Made by a program: the position numbers and the translations under genes. From Acidobacteriota bacterium (GTDB lineage: Bacteria; Acidobacteriota; UBA4820; DSQY01), in NCBI GenBank assembly GCA_049967655.1, contig JBMFSH010000001.1, positions 117,836 through 181,835 on the forward strand: a stretch of 64,000 nucleotides of DNA, written 5' to 3'. Below the pieces are notes generated by a model that saw nothing but the letters and a program-made list of their open reading frames with translations, was not told the origin of the DNA and ran no database searches. The number at the start of each line of letters is the position of its first letter. Within the stretch, counting starts at the first letter, position 1. Of the stretch, positions 1-10,292 are shown in pieces.

Positions 1-135
1 ATGGAAAGAGGACTCCTCTTCCACTATGACACGAAAGGCCCGCTCCCTCAATCGCGAACCCCGCCGTCGGCTTGGGGCCAACGGGCCGCCTTGCGTGGCC
101 CGCACCCTTCGGGTATCCTTGGCTCGGGAGGCTTC

Positions 136-567
136 ATGGACAGGGAACGGCTGGCCTATGGAGTGGCGGAGATCCTGCTGCGGCACCTGCCGCAGAGTTC
201 CGAGCCCTCTGCCGTGGAGGCCATAACGGCGGACCTGGTCCGGCTGCTGGAGGCCAAGGGAAGCGAGGCGGCGGCCTCGGACGAGCTTCCAGGCCGTAGG
301 CTCGTGGTCTTGACCGTGCTGGGCCGGAACCACTCGGGCATCGTCCACGCCTTCTCGGAGGTGCTCGCGGAGGCCGCCGTGGACATCGTGGACATCAACC
401 AGACCATCGTCCACGGGAATTTTGCTATGATGATGATCGTGGACCCCACCAGCGCCAAGCTCTCCTTCTCCGACCTCAAGGCCGCTCTCAAGCGCCGCGG
501 CGACGAGGTGGGTGTACAGGTCTTCGTCCAGTACGAGGACCTCATGCGGGCTTTGAACCGGATATGA
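136..567 (+). CDS. ACT-domain protein (UPF0237-like) with N-terminal extension
   Basis: VLTVLGRNHSGIV...DINQTI...FAMMMIVD ACT pattern; GGGAGG upstream of ATG136; adjacent to a DUF711 gene, the usual pairing. Confidence 0.8.
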   Translation: MDRERLAYGVAEILLRHLPQSSEPSAVEAITADLVRLLEAKGSEAAASDELPGRRLVVLTVLGRNHSGIVHAFSEVLAEAAVDIVDINQTIVHGNFAMMMIVDPTSAKLSFSDLKAALKRRGDEVGVQVFVQYEDLMRALNRI

Positions 568-622
568 GCCCATCGCGTAACCGCGTGGTCGTCTGACCGC
601 CCTTGCGGGAGCTCCTGAAGCC

Positions 623-1984
623 ATGGACTACACACGGCGCGAGATCCTGGAAACCCTGAGGATGACGGAGCTCGAGCACTTCGACGTGCGCACCGTGACC
701 GTGGGCGTCAGCCTCCTGGACTGCGGCCACGACGATCCCGAAGAGGCCGGCCGCCGAGTCTACGCCAAACTCAAGCGCGTGGCCGGCCCCCTGCCGGGCG
801 TGGTGGCGGAGATCACGGAGGCCCTGGGCATACGGGTGGCGAACCGCAGGATCGCCGTGAGCCCGGTGGCGCTCGTCGGAACCAGGGCGGAGCCGGCCTC
901 CTATCTCGCCATCGCGCGCGCCATCGACAGGGCCGCGCAGGAGATGGGCTTCGACTTCGTGGGGGGATACTCGGCCCTCGTGCACGACGGGTTCACGCGG
1001 GCCGACCACGCCCTCATCGCCTCCATGCCCGAGGCGCTCAGCACCACCAAGACCCTCTGCGCCTCCGTGAACGCCGGCAGCAGCAGGACGGGGCTCAATC
1101 TGGACGCGGTCCGCCTCGTGGCGCACATGCTCAAGGAGACGGCCTACCTGACGCGGGAAAGCGGCAGCCTGGGCTGCGCCAAGTTCGTGATTTTCGCCAA
1201 CGCCGTGGAGGACAACCCCTTCATGGCGGGGGCTTTCCACGGCATTGGCCTGCCGGAGGTGGTGATCCACACGGGCGTGAGCGGCCCCGGCGTCGTCTGC
1301 CAGGCCATCCGCCGGGCCGGCCCCTGCGACCTTCGGGCGTTGGCCGAGGTGATCAAGCGGGCGGCCTACAAGATCACCAAAGTGGGCGAGATATTGGGGC
1401 GCCAGGTGGCCGACAAGATGGGAGTGCCCTTCGGTATCGTGGACCTGTCGCTCGCGCCCACGCCCGAACTCGGGGATTCCGTGGGTGAGGTGCTGGAGGC
1501 CATGGGCTTGGAGAGAACGGGGGCCTGCGGCACGACGGCCGCCCTGGCCATGCTCACCGACGCCGTGAAGAAGGGCGGAGTCATGGCCACCTCCGCCGTG
1601 GGCGGACTCTCCGGCGCCTTCATCCCGGTGAGCGAGGACGCGGCCATGATCGCCGCGGCCCGGGAGGGCGCCCTGAGCCTCGAAAAGCTCGAGGCCATGA
1701 CCAGCGTCTGCTCGGTGGGCCTCGACATGGTGGCCGTCCCCGGCGACGTCTCGGAAGAACTGCTCACCGGCTTCATCGCCGACGAGCTGGCGATCGGCGT
1801 CATCAACCACAAGACCACGGCCGTCCGTGTCATTCCGGCTTACGGCAAAGGGGTGGGGGAAAGCGTCTCCTTCGGCGGGCTCCTGGGCGAGGCGCCCGTC
1901 ATGGAGCTGCGGCGCCTCTCCTGTGAGGCTTTTGTGCGCCGGGGAGGCCAGATGCCCGCGCCCATCACCTCGCTGCGGAATTAG
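623..1984 (+). CDS. PFL-like family protein (UPF0210/DUF711)
   Basis: DVRTVTVGVSLLDC, FANAVEDNPFMAGAFHG, GGLSGAFIPVSED and KLEAMTSVCSVGLDM motifs; 453 aa. Confidence 0.9.
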   Translation: MDYTRREILETLRMTELEHFDVRTVTVGVSLLDCGHDDPEEAGRRVYAKLKRVAGPLPGVVAEITEALGIRVANRRIAVSPVALVGTRAEPASYLAIARAIDRAAQEMGFDFVGGYSALVHDGFTRADHALIASMPEALSTTKTLCASVNAGSSRTGLNLDAVRLVAHMLKETAYLTRESGSLGCAKFVIFANAVEDNPFMAGAFHGIGLPEVVIHTGVSGPGVVCQAIRRAGPCDLRALAEVIKRAAYKITKVGEILGRQVADKMGVPFGIVDLSLAPTPELGDSVGEVLEAMGLERTGACGTTAALAMLTDAVKKGGVMATSAVGGLSGAFIPVSEDAAMIAAAREGALSLEKLEAMTSVCSVGLDMVAVPGDVSEELLTGFIADELAIGVINHKTTAVRVIPAYGKGVGESVSFGGLLGEAPVMELRRLSCEAFVRRGGQMPAPITSLRN

Positions 1985-2075
1985 CCACCGAACGCGGGAT
2001 GGGGATGATCGTTCGGACGATCCGACGACCGGAAAACACAGCGGCGGCGCGATGCGGCGCCAGAAGGACTGACAG

Positions 2076-2762
2076 ATGAACAAACCCCCCCATCAGCGCC
2101 TACCGCCCCACTCCTCCCTGCCATACGTCATCGCCCTGCTACTGCTCGCACTCGCGCCGCTCGGCCTCTCGGCCTCATCCTACTTCCCCGAGTTTTTCCA
2201 TACCTTCACCCCGAAGGTGGGAGGTTGGAGCGAATACCACATCCAGGACGCCCGGGGTGAGACCGCCGACCTCACCTTCGCCATCGTGAGCGAGGAGAAC
2301 GGGGCCTATTGGATGGAGCTCCGCACGGTCCAGGGGAGCGAGAAGGCGGTGGTGGCTTTCCTCATCAAGGGCGATCCCACCGACGACGCCAACGTCCTCG
2401 AGATCCGGGCCAAGGGCTCTTCGGGGCCGGCTCTCGAGATGGACCGCTCCACTCTGGAGAAGCTCAAGAGGGACGGCCACGAAGTATTCGGAGGCCAGGC
2501 CCTGCCCATCGGGCCCACGGTGGGCAAGCTGCAGCCCTTGCCCGACGAGGTGATCAAGGTGGGCCGGGACTCGCTCAAGTGTCGCCACATCAAGGTGATC
2601 GGGCCCAACGGGCAGAACGCCGAGGTCTGGCTCAACGACGAGATCATTCCCTTCGGCGTCGTGAAGCTGGTGAGCGGCGCCGAACAGGTCGTGCTCAAGG
2701 ACTTCGGGAAACGGGCCAAGGCTGAACTCAAGGGTCCCTTCACGCCCCTCGTCGTGCAGTGA
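2076..2762 (+). CDS. Hypothetical exported protein
   Basis: Hydrophobic signal-like N-terminus, beta-rich body, codon usage like neighbouring genes. Confidence 0.65.
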   Translation: MNKPPHQRLPPHSSLPYVIALLLLALAPLGLSASSYFPEFFHTFTPKVGGWSEYHIQDARGETADLTFAIVSEENGAYWMELRTVQGSEKAVVAFLIKGDPTDDANVLEIRAKGSSGPALEMDRSTLEKLKRDGHEVFGGQALPIGPTVGKLQPLPDEVIKVGRDSLKCRHIKVIGPNGQNAEVWLNDEIIPFGVVKLVSGAEQVVLKDFGKRAKAELKGPFTPLVVQ

Positions 2763-2840
2763 GCCCGGATCGGCCGCGGAAGGCATCCGGCCCACGGGCC
2801 GTGCGCACTCGTTAGAGGGATGTCGTTCAAGGAGGGGTTC

Positions 2841-3224
2841 ATGAAAAAAGAGGTCGTTCGAACGGATGGGGCGCCCAAAGCCATCGGTCCTTACTCCCAG
2901 GCCGTGAGGGCCGGAGGCCTCGTCTTCTGCTCGGGGCAGATCCCCCTGGATCCTGCCACGATGACCGTAGTGGAGGGCGGCGTGGCCGAACAGACCCGCC
3001 GGGTTCTCCGCAACCTGGCCGCCGTCCTCGATGCGGCGGGGGCCTCCCTCGCGACCGTGGTCAAGACCACCGTCTTCCTGAAGGACATGAACGACTTCGC
3101 GGCCATGAACGAGGCCTACGCCGAATTCTTCCCCTCCGATCCCCCCGCGCGCGCCACGGTGGAGGTGGCGAGGCTCCCCAAGGACGTGCGCGTGGAGATC
3201 GAGGTCATCGCCCTCCCCGACTGA
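2841..3224 (+). CDS. ridA: RidA family enamine/imine deaminase
   Basis: [50 protein letters not shown]. Confidence 0.93.
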   Translation: MKKEVVRTDGAPKAIGPYSQAVRAGGLVFCSGQIPLDPATMTVVEGGVAEQTRRVLRNLAAVLDAAGASLATVVKTTVFLKDMNDFAAMNEAYAEFFPSDPPARATVEVARLPKDVRVEIEVIALPD

Positions 3225-3274
3225 TGGTGGACGCCCCCCGATTGGGCATCCGATTGACCTGATCCATCGCCGAG

Positions 3275-3306
3275 CAAAAAAAGGCCGCCCCGAAGGGCGG
3301 CCTTTG
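3275..3306 (-). terminator. Intrinsic terminator (probably bidirectional)
   Basis: AAAGGCCGCCC-CGAA-GGGCGGCCTTT hairpin with A7 on the left, giving a U-tract on the minus strand; lies between convergent genes. Confidence 0.85.
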
Positions 3307-3347
3307 AGGCTGCGGAGGGGAAGGAGAGTCCTCCGCGTGAAGGTGGC

Positions 3348-4499
3348 CTAGTTGACGAGGACCATCATGGAGCGCTCGGCGCGGAACTTGTCGCGGTTGA
3401 GCAGGGTGACGGTGGCCTTCGTGCCGTCGGGCTGGATGGAGACGCGGTAGTCCACGCCCGGCTTGTAGAGCGCGCCGGGAGCGATGCGGACCTTCTCGAT
3501 CCGAGCCACGTCCGCATCCTTGGCGGTGAAGCTGATGGTGTTGTCGCTGCGCAGGTCGAGCTGCTGCGGGTAGTCGGTCTCGGCGAACTGGATGAGCTGA
3601 GGCTTGGCGTACCAGGGGTCGCGGACCAGCCCCTCCTTGATCAGCGCCTTTCGGGGGCCGATCCGGTAGAAGACGGAGTTCACCTTGGATTGCAGGTTCT
3701 TCGAGAGGGCGTCCAGGTCGCTCACCTTCTGGGTCAGGCTCGCGCGCTCGGTCTGGAGCAGCGAGACCTCCTGGGTCAACTGGTCGCGCTTGCTGGTGAG
3801 GTCGGCCACCTGCTGAGTGAGCTTGGCCTTTTCCTTGGCCAGGGCGTCCCGCTGGGCGATGGCGCTGTTCTTCTCGTCCACCAACACCTTCTTGGCGTGC
3901 TGGATGACACCGTAGGGGCTGACCTTGGCGTCGCCCTGGGTGACGAAGGTGCCGTACACGCCGTCGTGGTAGAAGTTCCAGACCTTGAACCCGGGTACCA
4001 GCTCGTCCATCAGATTCACCTTCTGCACGAGGCTCCTGGCCGTCGCCGGATCGAGGCCCTGATCCTTGGTGAGGTAAGCCATGGCGATGTCGATGTGGCG
4101 CTCACCCTTCACCACCTCCACGGGGGCCGGAAGGGTCCGCTCCAGGTTCTGGACCTGAACCTTGAGGTCGTCGGCCGCCTTCTGCTTGGCGAGAATGTCC
4201 GAGATCAGGTCCTTGTAACCAATGCCCTGCTCGTTCTTCAGCCGCTGTTCGAGAAGGGCCGTCTGCTCGGGACTCAGCCCCTGGCCCAGGACCGATCCCA
4301 GGTCCTTGCCGCCGGCCTGGACGTACTGCGTCGTGAGGGCGTTCACTTCGGCCTGGTTGGCGTCGATTTCCTGCTCAAGCTTGGCGATCCGCTGGGCCGT
4401 CTCCATCTGGGAGCGGACCTCGGTTTTTCCCTGGTGCTGGGCGCAGGCCAGGGCCAGCAAAAGGCCCCCCATCGCGGCGATACGGAATAGGCGTTTCAT
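3348..4499 (-). CDS. Coiled-coil lipoprotein, unknown function
   Basis: MKRLFRIAAMGGLLLALAC lipobox; long heptad segments; GGAG RBS upstream. Confidence 0.75.
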   Translation of the reverse strand: MKRLFRIAAMGGLLLALACAQHQGKTEVRSQMETAQRIAKLEQEIDANQAEVNALTTQYVQAGGKDLGSVLGQGLSPEQTALLEQRLKNEQGIGYKDLISDILAKQKAADDLKVQVQNLERTLPAPVEVVKGERHIDIAMAYLTKDQGLDPATARSLVQKVNLMDELVPGFKVWNFYHDGVYGTFVTQGDAKVSPYGVIQHAKKVLVDEKNSAIAQRDALAKEKAKLTQQVADLTSKRDQLTQEVSLLQTERASLTQKVSDLDALSKNLQSKVNSVFYRIGPRKALIKEGLVRDPWYAKPQLIQFAETDYPQQLDLRSDNTISFTAKDADVARIEKVRIAPGALYKPGVDYRVSIQPDGTKATVTLLNRDKFRAERSMMVLVN

Positions 4500-4574
4500 A
4501 GTTTGTCTCCTTTCTCTCCCGGGGACCGGGGCCAGGAGGCCCCGGTCCCGGATCTTCCTGGACGGTTCGGTCAG

Positions 4575-4590
4575 TACAAGGGCCGTGCCA
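4575..4590 (-). promoter_or_regulatory. Putative sigma54 -24/-12 promoter
   Basis: Minus strand reads TGGCACGGCCCTTGTA versus consensus TGGCACG-N4-TTGC; points to the 4499 gene and is divergent from a sigma54 activator. Confidence 0.6.
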
Positions 4591-4724
4591 ATTGGGCAGC
4601 ACGGGTTCATCCACCTGAAAATGAAAGGGGAACACGGAGAGGCGCGGGCTCGGCCCGAGAACCGGCGCCCCATGAAACAAGGAAATATTCCCTGGCCTCG
4701 GAGGCCATGGAGAGGAGATCAGCC

Positions 4725-4754
4725 TTGAGCGCCCTTCCCGCCGGTTGCTATACT
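4725..4754 (+). promoter_or_regulatory. Putative sigma70 promoter for the two-component operon
   Basis: TTGAGC-18 bp-TATACT with extended -10 TG. Confidence 0.45.
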
Positions 4755-4785
4755 CGGCCCGCGGAACGGAACGGAGGAGCGGGCC

Positions 4786-6147
4786 ATGAAACGGCGCTAC
4801 ACCATCCTCGTTGTGGACGACGAACCCTCCATGCGGGAGGTGCTTCGCTTGCGCCTCGGCCAATGGGGCTTCGAGGTCGCCGCGGCGGCCAGCGCGTCCG
4901 AGGCGGAGGCCCTAGCCGCAAAGGCTGCGCTTGATCTCGTGCTTTGCGATGTGGTCCTTCCCGACGGCTCGGGCCTGGACCTGCTGACCAAGCTGCGGGG
5001 CGACTCTCCGCCCCGACCCGTGATCATGATCACGGCCCACGGCAGCATCGATGCGGCCGTGGAGGCCGTCAAGCGCGGGGCCAGGGATTTTCTGACCAAG
5101 CCGCTGGACTACACCAAGCTCAAGGCGGTGCTCGACGATGCCGTGTCCGAGGTCGAGCAGAGGAGCTCGCTGAAGCGCCTGGAGGAGACCCTGGCCAAGG
5201 GCTCGGGCCTGGGGCCCCTCATCGGCGACAGCAAGCCCATGCTCGAACTCTACGAGCTCATAGGCGTCCTCGCGGGAAGCGACGCCTCGGCCCTGATCAC
5301 GGGCGAGAGCGGCACGGGCAAGGAGCTCGTGGCCCACGCCATCCACGACCGGAGCCGGCGGGCTTCGGGCCCCTTCGTGGCGGTGAACGCCGCCGCCATT
5401 CCCGAGGGACTGATGGAGAGCGAGCTCTTCGGGAACGAGAAGGGGGCCTTCACCGGGGCGGTCTCGGCCAGGCCCGGCTGCTTCGAACTGGCCAACCGCG
5501 GGACGCTCTTTCTGGATGAGATCGCCGAGATGCCCGCCCCGCTCCAGCCCAAGTTCCTGCGGACCCTCGAGAACGGGCGGGTGCGCCGGTTGGGGGGCGC
5601 CACCGAGAACGCCTTCGACGTTCGGCTTCTCGCCGCCACCAACAGGGTGCCCGAGGAGGCCGTGCGCGACGGGCTGCTGAGGGCCGACCTCTACTACCGC
5701 CTGAACGTCTTCACGCTGGTGCTCCCGCCCCTGCGGGAGCGGAAGGAGGACGTGCCGCTCCTGGTGCAGCACTTCGTCGGCCTCTTCAACAGGAAGCACG
5801 GGGCTTCGGTGGCGGGCGTCCGTCCCGACGTGCTGGCCCTCCTCCAGGCCTATCCGTGGCCCGGGAACGTGCGCGAGCTCAGAAACGTGATCGAGCGGGC
5901 CGTGATCCTGGCGCGGGCGGGCTGGATCGAGCTGTCCCACTTGCCGCCCTACGTGCGGCGCCCGGACGACGCCGGGGAGGAGCTGCGCCTGCCCGTGGGG
6001 CTCACGCTGGCCGAGGCCGAGAGGGTTTTGATCCTGCAAACCCTCAAGGAGGCCGGCCAGAACAAGGCCGAGGCGGCGCGCCGCCTGGGCCTGGACGTCA
6101 AGACCATCCGGAACAAGCTGAAGCAATACGGACTGGACGGCAGCTGA
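4786..6147 (+). CDS. Sigma54-dependent response regulator (NtrC/AtoC/GlrR family)
   Basis: Receiver domain, GESGTGKE, GAFTGA, LFLDEI, WPGNVREL and a Fis-type HTH. Confidence 0.95.
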   Translation: MKRRYTILVVDDEPSMREVLRLRLGQWGFEVAAAASASEAEALAAKAALDLVLCDVVLPDGSGLDLLTKLRGDSPPRPVIMITAHGSIDAAVEAVKRGARDFLTKPLDYTKLKAVLDDAVSEVEQRSSLKRLEETLAKGSGLGPLIGDSKPMLELYELIGVLAGSDASALITGESGTGKELVAHAIHDRSRRASGPFVAVNAAAIPEGLMESELFGNEKGAFTGAVSARPGCFELANRGTLFLDEIAEMPAPLQPKFLRTLENGRVRRLGGATENAFDVRLLAATNRVPEEAVRDGLLRADLYYRLNVFTLVLPPLRERKEDVPLLVQHFVGLFNRKHGASVAGVRPDVLALLQAYPWPGNVRELRNVIERAVILARAGWIELSHLPPYVRRPDDAGEELRLPVGLTLAEAERVLILQTLKEAGQNKAEAARRLGLDVKTIRNKLKQYGLDGS

Positions 6148-7661
6148 TGAGGGTCTCCACCCGGCTCACGGCGGGTTCCTCCCTGGTTCTGCTCCTTCTC
6201 CTGGGGGCGCTCGCCTACCAGCTCATGCAGGTGCGGCACCTCGCCTCCATCAGCCGTGAGCTGTCGAGGGTGGGGCTCAGGGCGGCGCGGCTCTCCCTGT
6301 CCCAGATCCACGACCTGGATGGCCTGGACCAGGCGCTGAGAAAGTACTTCGTCACGCGGGATCCAGACTACGCTGGGCTGGCCCGCGAGCTCGGGCGTCA
6401 GGTCTCCGTCAGGCAGCAGCTCCTTGAGGGGCTGCCGCTTCCTGCGGAGGAGCGGGAAGCGGTGGAGGCCTTCGGCGCCGCCTGGCGAGGACTCGGGGAG
6501 GAGGTGAATCCCGGGCCTCCCGCCGGGCCGGAGGCAGATCTGCTGCCCCGGCTGGCTCGGGCCCAGGAGAGGGCCCGCACGGTGGCCGAGGCCGCCCAGG
6601 AGGCCGTGTCCGCGGAGGCCTCCCGGGCCGAGGCGGCGGCCCGCCGGTCGCAAAACGTCTCCCTGCTGGCGGCGCTCCTGGCGCTCGCGGCCAGCGTGAT
6701 CGTCCTGTGGGCCACGATCCGCTCCATCCGGAGGCCCCTGGAGCGACTGGCGAACGCCACCCACGCCCTGGCGGGCGGCCGCTTCGACCTGCAGCTTCCC
6801 AGCCGGGGCCGGGACGAGTTCGACCAGCTCGCGGAGGACTTCAACGTCATGGTGCGGCGGCTCTCGGAGCTGGACCAGATGAAGAAGGACATCCTCTCCC
6901 ACGTCTCCCACGAGCTGAAGACTCCGCTGGCCGCCGTGCAGGAGACCCACCAGCTCATGCTGGAGGGGATTACCGGGCCGCTGACGGGGGACCAGCGCCG
7001 GCTTCTCGAGATGAACCTCCAGAGCGCCAGGAGGCTCTCGGCCATGATCGCCAAGATGCTGGACCTGGCCCGCCTGGAGGCGGGTGTGATGGAGTACGAT
7101 CTCCGGCCGACGGACTTCTCGCAGGTGGTGGGCTCGGCCCTCTCCCTGATGGAGGTGCGGGCGGGCGAGCGGGGCATCGCCCTGTGCGCGGAGCTGCCTG
7201 GGGAGACCCTGTGGGTGCGCGGCGACGGGGACCGCCTCTTCCAAGTGGTGGAAAACCTGTTGGAGAATGCGGTCAAGTTCTCTCCGCCCGGAACCGCCGT
7301 GGACGTGGCCGCCGCTGGGGCCGAGCAGGTCCCTCCGGGCAGGCGCGGTGAGCTTCCTGGACCCGCGTCCGCGGGAGAGGCCGGCTGGGTTCTCCTGACG
7401 GTCTCGGATCGCGGCCCCGGCGTGCCTGACGATGAGAAAACCAGAATCTTCGATCGCTTTCACCAGGTGGCGACGACGGGCAAGCGGGTGGGCAGAGGGG
7501 TCGGGTTGGGATTGGCCATCTGCCGGGAGATCGTAACGGCCCACGGCGGGGCCCTCTGGGTGGAGGACAACGCGGGGGGCGGCAGCCGGTTCCTGTGTCT
7601 GCTGCCGGCGTTGGACGGCGTCCGGCCCGCCGCCGGAGGAGAAGGAGAAGAAAGGCGATGA
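6147..7661 (+). CDS. HAMP-domain sensor histidine kinase
   Basis: Two TM segments, HAMP, SHELKTPL H-box, NLLENAVKF, DRGPG, GLGLAIC. Confidence 0.93.
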   Translation: MRVSTRLTAGSSLVLLLLLGALAYQLMQVRHLASISRELSRVGLRAARLSLSQIHDLDGLDQALRKYFVTRDPDYAGLARELGRQVSVRQQLLEGLPLPAEEREAVEAFGAAWRGLGEEVNPGPPAGPEADLLPRLARAQERARTVAEAAQEAVSAEASRAEAAARRSQNVSLLAALLALAASVIVLWATIRSIRRPLERLANATHALAGGRFDLQLPSRGRDEFDQLAEDFNVMVRRLSELDQMKKDILSHVSHELKTPLAAVQETHQLMLEGITGPLTGDQRRLLEMNLQSARRLSAMIAKMLDLARLEAGVMEYDLRPTDFSQVVGSALSLMEVRAGERGIALCAELPGETLWVRGDGDRLFQVVENLLENAVKFSPPGTAVDVAAAGAEQVPPGRRGELPGPASAGEAGWVLLTVSDRGPGVPDDEKTRIFDRFHQVATTGKRVGRGVGLGLAICREIVTAHGGALWVEDNAGGGSRFLCLLPALDGVRPAAGGEGEERR

Positions 7662-8221
7662 AGAGGTCCGTCAGGAGGTGCGGATGGCCGCTGCTGGTCT
7701 TGCTTCTGCTGGGTTCCTGCTCGCCCGCGCTGCGGCGGGCGGACGACTACTTCAAGGCAGGGGACTATCCGCGGGCGGCCGCGGTCTACGAAGAGGTGCT
7801 CTCCACCCATCCGGCGCCTGGCACCGATGCGCGGGCGCTGTACCGTCTGGGCGTCTCCAGGGCCGAGCCCGGCAGCCCGGCCTTCGATCCCACCAAGGCT
7901 AGGGAGGCCTTCGAAACGCTTCGCCGAACCCACTCCGGATCGCGTTACGCCCGAGAGGCGGCCCTGCCCCTCGCCCTGCTCGATGCCATGGAGAGGGCCT
8001 CGCGGGAAGCCTCGCAGCTTCAGGCCCAGCTCAAGAGCGAACTGGCCTCCTGCAACCGCCAGGGCCAGGAGGCGGCGGCCTCGGCCCAGCAGGACCGTTC
8101 CCGCAGCCAGGAGCAGCTCCAGCAGTTGAAGGCTCTGCTCGCCCAGAGGGACCGGGAGCTGGAAGCCCTTCGGCGGCAGATGGACGAGCTCAAGCGCATC
8201 GACCTCATGCGGGGGCGCTGA
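7658..8221 (+). CDS. Helical TPR/coiled-coil lipoprotein (QseG/YfhG-like)
   Basis: LLLGSC lipobox, TPR-like helices, C-terminal coil ending LKRID; ATGA overlap with the kinase. Confidence 0.65.
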   Translation: MKRSVRRCGWPLLVLLLLGSCSPALRRADDYFKAGDYPRAAAVYEEVLSTHPAPGTDARALYRLGVSRAEPGSPAFDPTKAREAFETLRRTHSGSRYAREAALPLALLDAMERASREASQLQAQLKSELASCNRQGQEAAASAQQDRSRSQEQLQQLKALLAQRDRELEALRRQMDELKRIDLMRGR

Positions 8222-8234
8222 CCTCCCATCCCAG

Positions 8235-8263
8235 CTGGCATTCCCTGGAAATCCTGATATAAT
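8235..8263 (+). promoter_or_regulatory. Putative lepA promoter
   Basis: CTGGCA-17 bp-TATAAT with extended -10 TG. Confidence 0.55.
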
Positions 8264-8330
8264 CGGCGTTTCACGGAACCACGTTGGGCCGTAAGGATAG
8301 GCGGGAGTGGTCCCGCGGAGGGCGCCGGAG

Positions 8331-10145
8331 ATGGAACTCGATCGCATCAGGAACTTCTCCATCATCGCGCACATCGATCACGGCAAGACGACCCTCTCCG
8401 ACCGGATCCTGGAGGCCACCCACGCGGTGAGCGAGCGCGAGATGGTGGCACAGTTCCTGGACGGGATGGACCTGGAAAGGGAGCGGGGCATCACCATCAA
8501 GGCCCACGCCGTGAGCCTCCGCTACCAGGCCCTGGACGGCCATGAGTACCAGCTCAACCTCATCGACACCCCCGGCCACGTGGACTTCAACTACGAGGTC
8601 TCGCGGGCGCTGGCGGCCTGCGAGGGCGCCCTGCTGGTGGTGGACGCTACGCAGGGGGTGGAGGCCCAGACCCTGGCCAACGCCTACCTCGCCGTGGATC
8701 AGGGCCTCGAAATCGTGCCCGTCATCAACAAGATCGATCTGCCCTCGGCCCAGCCCGAGCGGGTGGCGCAGGAGATCGAAGAGGTGGTGGGGCTGGACGC
8801 CACGGAGGCCATCCTGACCTCGGCCAAGGAGCGCATCGGCATCCAGGAGGTCCTGGAGGCGGTGGTGAACCGCCTCCCTCCGCCCAAGGGTCTCAGGGAG
8901 GCCCCCCTGAAGGCCATGGTCTTTGACTCCTGGTATGACGCCTACCGTGGGGTGATCATGCTCGTCCGCGTGATCGACGGCCGCATCGGCGTGAAGGACC
9001 GCGTCCGCTTCATGAACTTGGGTACGGACCACGACGTGGAGGCCCTGGGGATCTTCACGCCCAAGCCCCTTGCCGTCCCGCTGCTGGAGGCCGGCGAGGT
9101 GGGATTCGTCATCGCCGGTATCAAGGAGGTCCAGGAGGTGCGCGTGGGGGACACCCTCACCTCACCGACCAACCCCACCCAAGAGGCCTTCGGCGGTTTT
9201 CGCAAGGTCAAACCCATGGTCTTCGCGGGGCTCTATCCGGTGGATCCATCGGACTACCCCAACCTGCGCGAGGCCCTGGACAAGCTGAGGTTGAACGACT
9301 CCTCCTTCGTCTTTGAGCCGGAGACGAGCGAGGCCCTGGGCTTCGGCTTCCGGTGCGGCTTCCTGGGCTTCCTCCACATGGAGATCATCCAGGAGCGCCT
9401 GGAGAGGGAGTTTAACCTGGACCTTATCACCACGGCCCCCAACGTCCGATACCAGGTGCTCAACAGAAAGCAGGAGGTGGTGGACATCGAGAACCCCTCC
9501 CAGCTGCCCTCTCCGGTGGAAACGGAGGAGATCCGGGAGCCCTACGCCTCCGTCACCGTCCTCACGCGGAGCGAGTACGTCGGCAACCTGCTCCGGCTTT
9601 TCGAGGAGCGACGGGGGACCCAGAGCGCCTTTCAATACGCCTCGCAGGATACGGTCCTCCTCAAGTACGACATGCCGCTGAGCGAGATCATCGTGGACTT
9701 CTACGACCGCCTGAAGGCGCTCTCCCGCGGCTACGCCTCCATGGACTACCAGGTGGAGGGTTACAAGCCGGGCGATCTCGTCAAGCTGGACATCATAGTG
9801 AACGGCAAGCCGGTGGATGCCCTCTCCTTCATCGTCCACCGGGACCAGGCCGAGAGCCGCGGGCGGGCCATCGCCCAGAAGCTGAAGGAGTCCATCCCCC
9901 GCCAGCTCTTCGAGGTGGTGGTGCAGGCGGCCCTGGGGAGCCGCATCGTCTGCCGGACCGTCGTCAAGCCCCTGCGCAAGAACGTGCTCGCCAAGTGCTA
10001 CGGAGGCGACATCACGAGAAAGCGCAAGCTTCTGGAAAAGCAGAAGGAGGGCAAGAAGCGCATGAAGCAGGTGGGCGAGGTCCAGATCCCCCAGGAGGCC
10101 TTCCTCTCCGTCCTCCGGGTGCAGGCCGGGGGAGACGAGAAGTAG
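8331..10145 (+). CDS. lepA: Elongation factor 4
   Basis: [56 protein letters not shown]. Confidence 0.98.
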   Translation: MELDRIRNFSIIAHIDHGKTTLSDRILEATHAVSEREMVAQFLDGMDLERERGITIKAHAVSLRYQALDGHEYQLNLIDTPGHVDFNYEVSRALAACEGALLVVDATQGVEAQTLANAYLAVDQGLEIVPVINKIDLPSAQPERVAQEIEEVVGLDATEAILTSAKERIGIQEVLEAVVNRLPPPKGLREAPLKAMVFDSWYDAYRGVIMLVRVIDGRIGVKDRVRFMNLGTDHDVEALGIFTPKPLAVPLLEAGEVGFVIAGIKEVQEVRVGDTLTSPTNPTQEAFGGFRKVKPMVFAGLYPVDPSDYPNLREALDKLRLNDSSFVFEPETSEALGFGFRCGFLGFLHMEIIQERLEREFNLDLITTAPNVRYQVLNRKQEVVDIENPSQLPSPVETEEIREPYASVTVLTRSEYVGNLLRLFEERRGTQSAFQYASQDTVLLKYDMPLSEIIVDFYDRLKALSRGYASMDYQVEGYKPGDLVKLDIIVNGKPVDALSFIVHRDQAESRGRAIAQKLKESIPRQLFEVVVQAALGSRIVCRTVVKPLRKNVLAKCYGGDITRKRKLLEKQKEGKKRMKQVGEVQIPQEAFLSVLRVQAGGDEK

Positions 10146-10184
10146 CGCCGCGCCGTGGCCGCACGCCACTCCCCGGCTGGTGCC

Positions 10185-10242
10185 TCGGCCAGCCGAACGT
10201 GTCAACACTCTTTAGAAATGTCCCCTTCGGCCAGCCGAACGT
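10185..10242 (+). repeat. Two exact 16-bp direct repeats, each internally palindromic
   Basis: TCGGCCAGCCGAACGT at 10185-10200 and 10227-10242; core TCGGC-CA-GCCGA. Confidence 0.9.
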
Positions 10243-10270
10243 TGTGGAATATAAGGGAATACTGTATACT
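10242..10270 (+). promoter_or_regulatory. Putative pheST promoter
   Basis: TTGTGG-17 bp-TATACT in an AT-rich patch. Confidence 0.55.
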
Positions 10271-10292
10271 TCCCATTTCGATGGAGAGGTGT

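Noticed and set aside
10185..10242. Mini-CRISPR interpretation of the repeat-spacer-repeat
   Set aside because: Only two 16-bp repeats with a 26-bp spacer, and no cas genes
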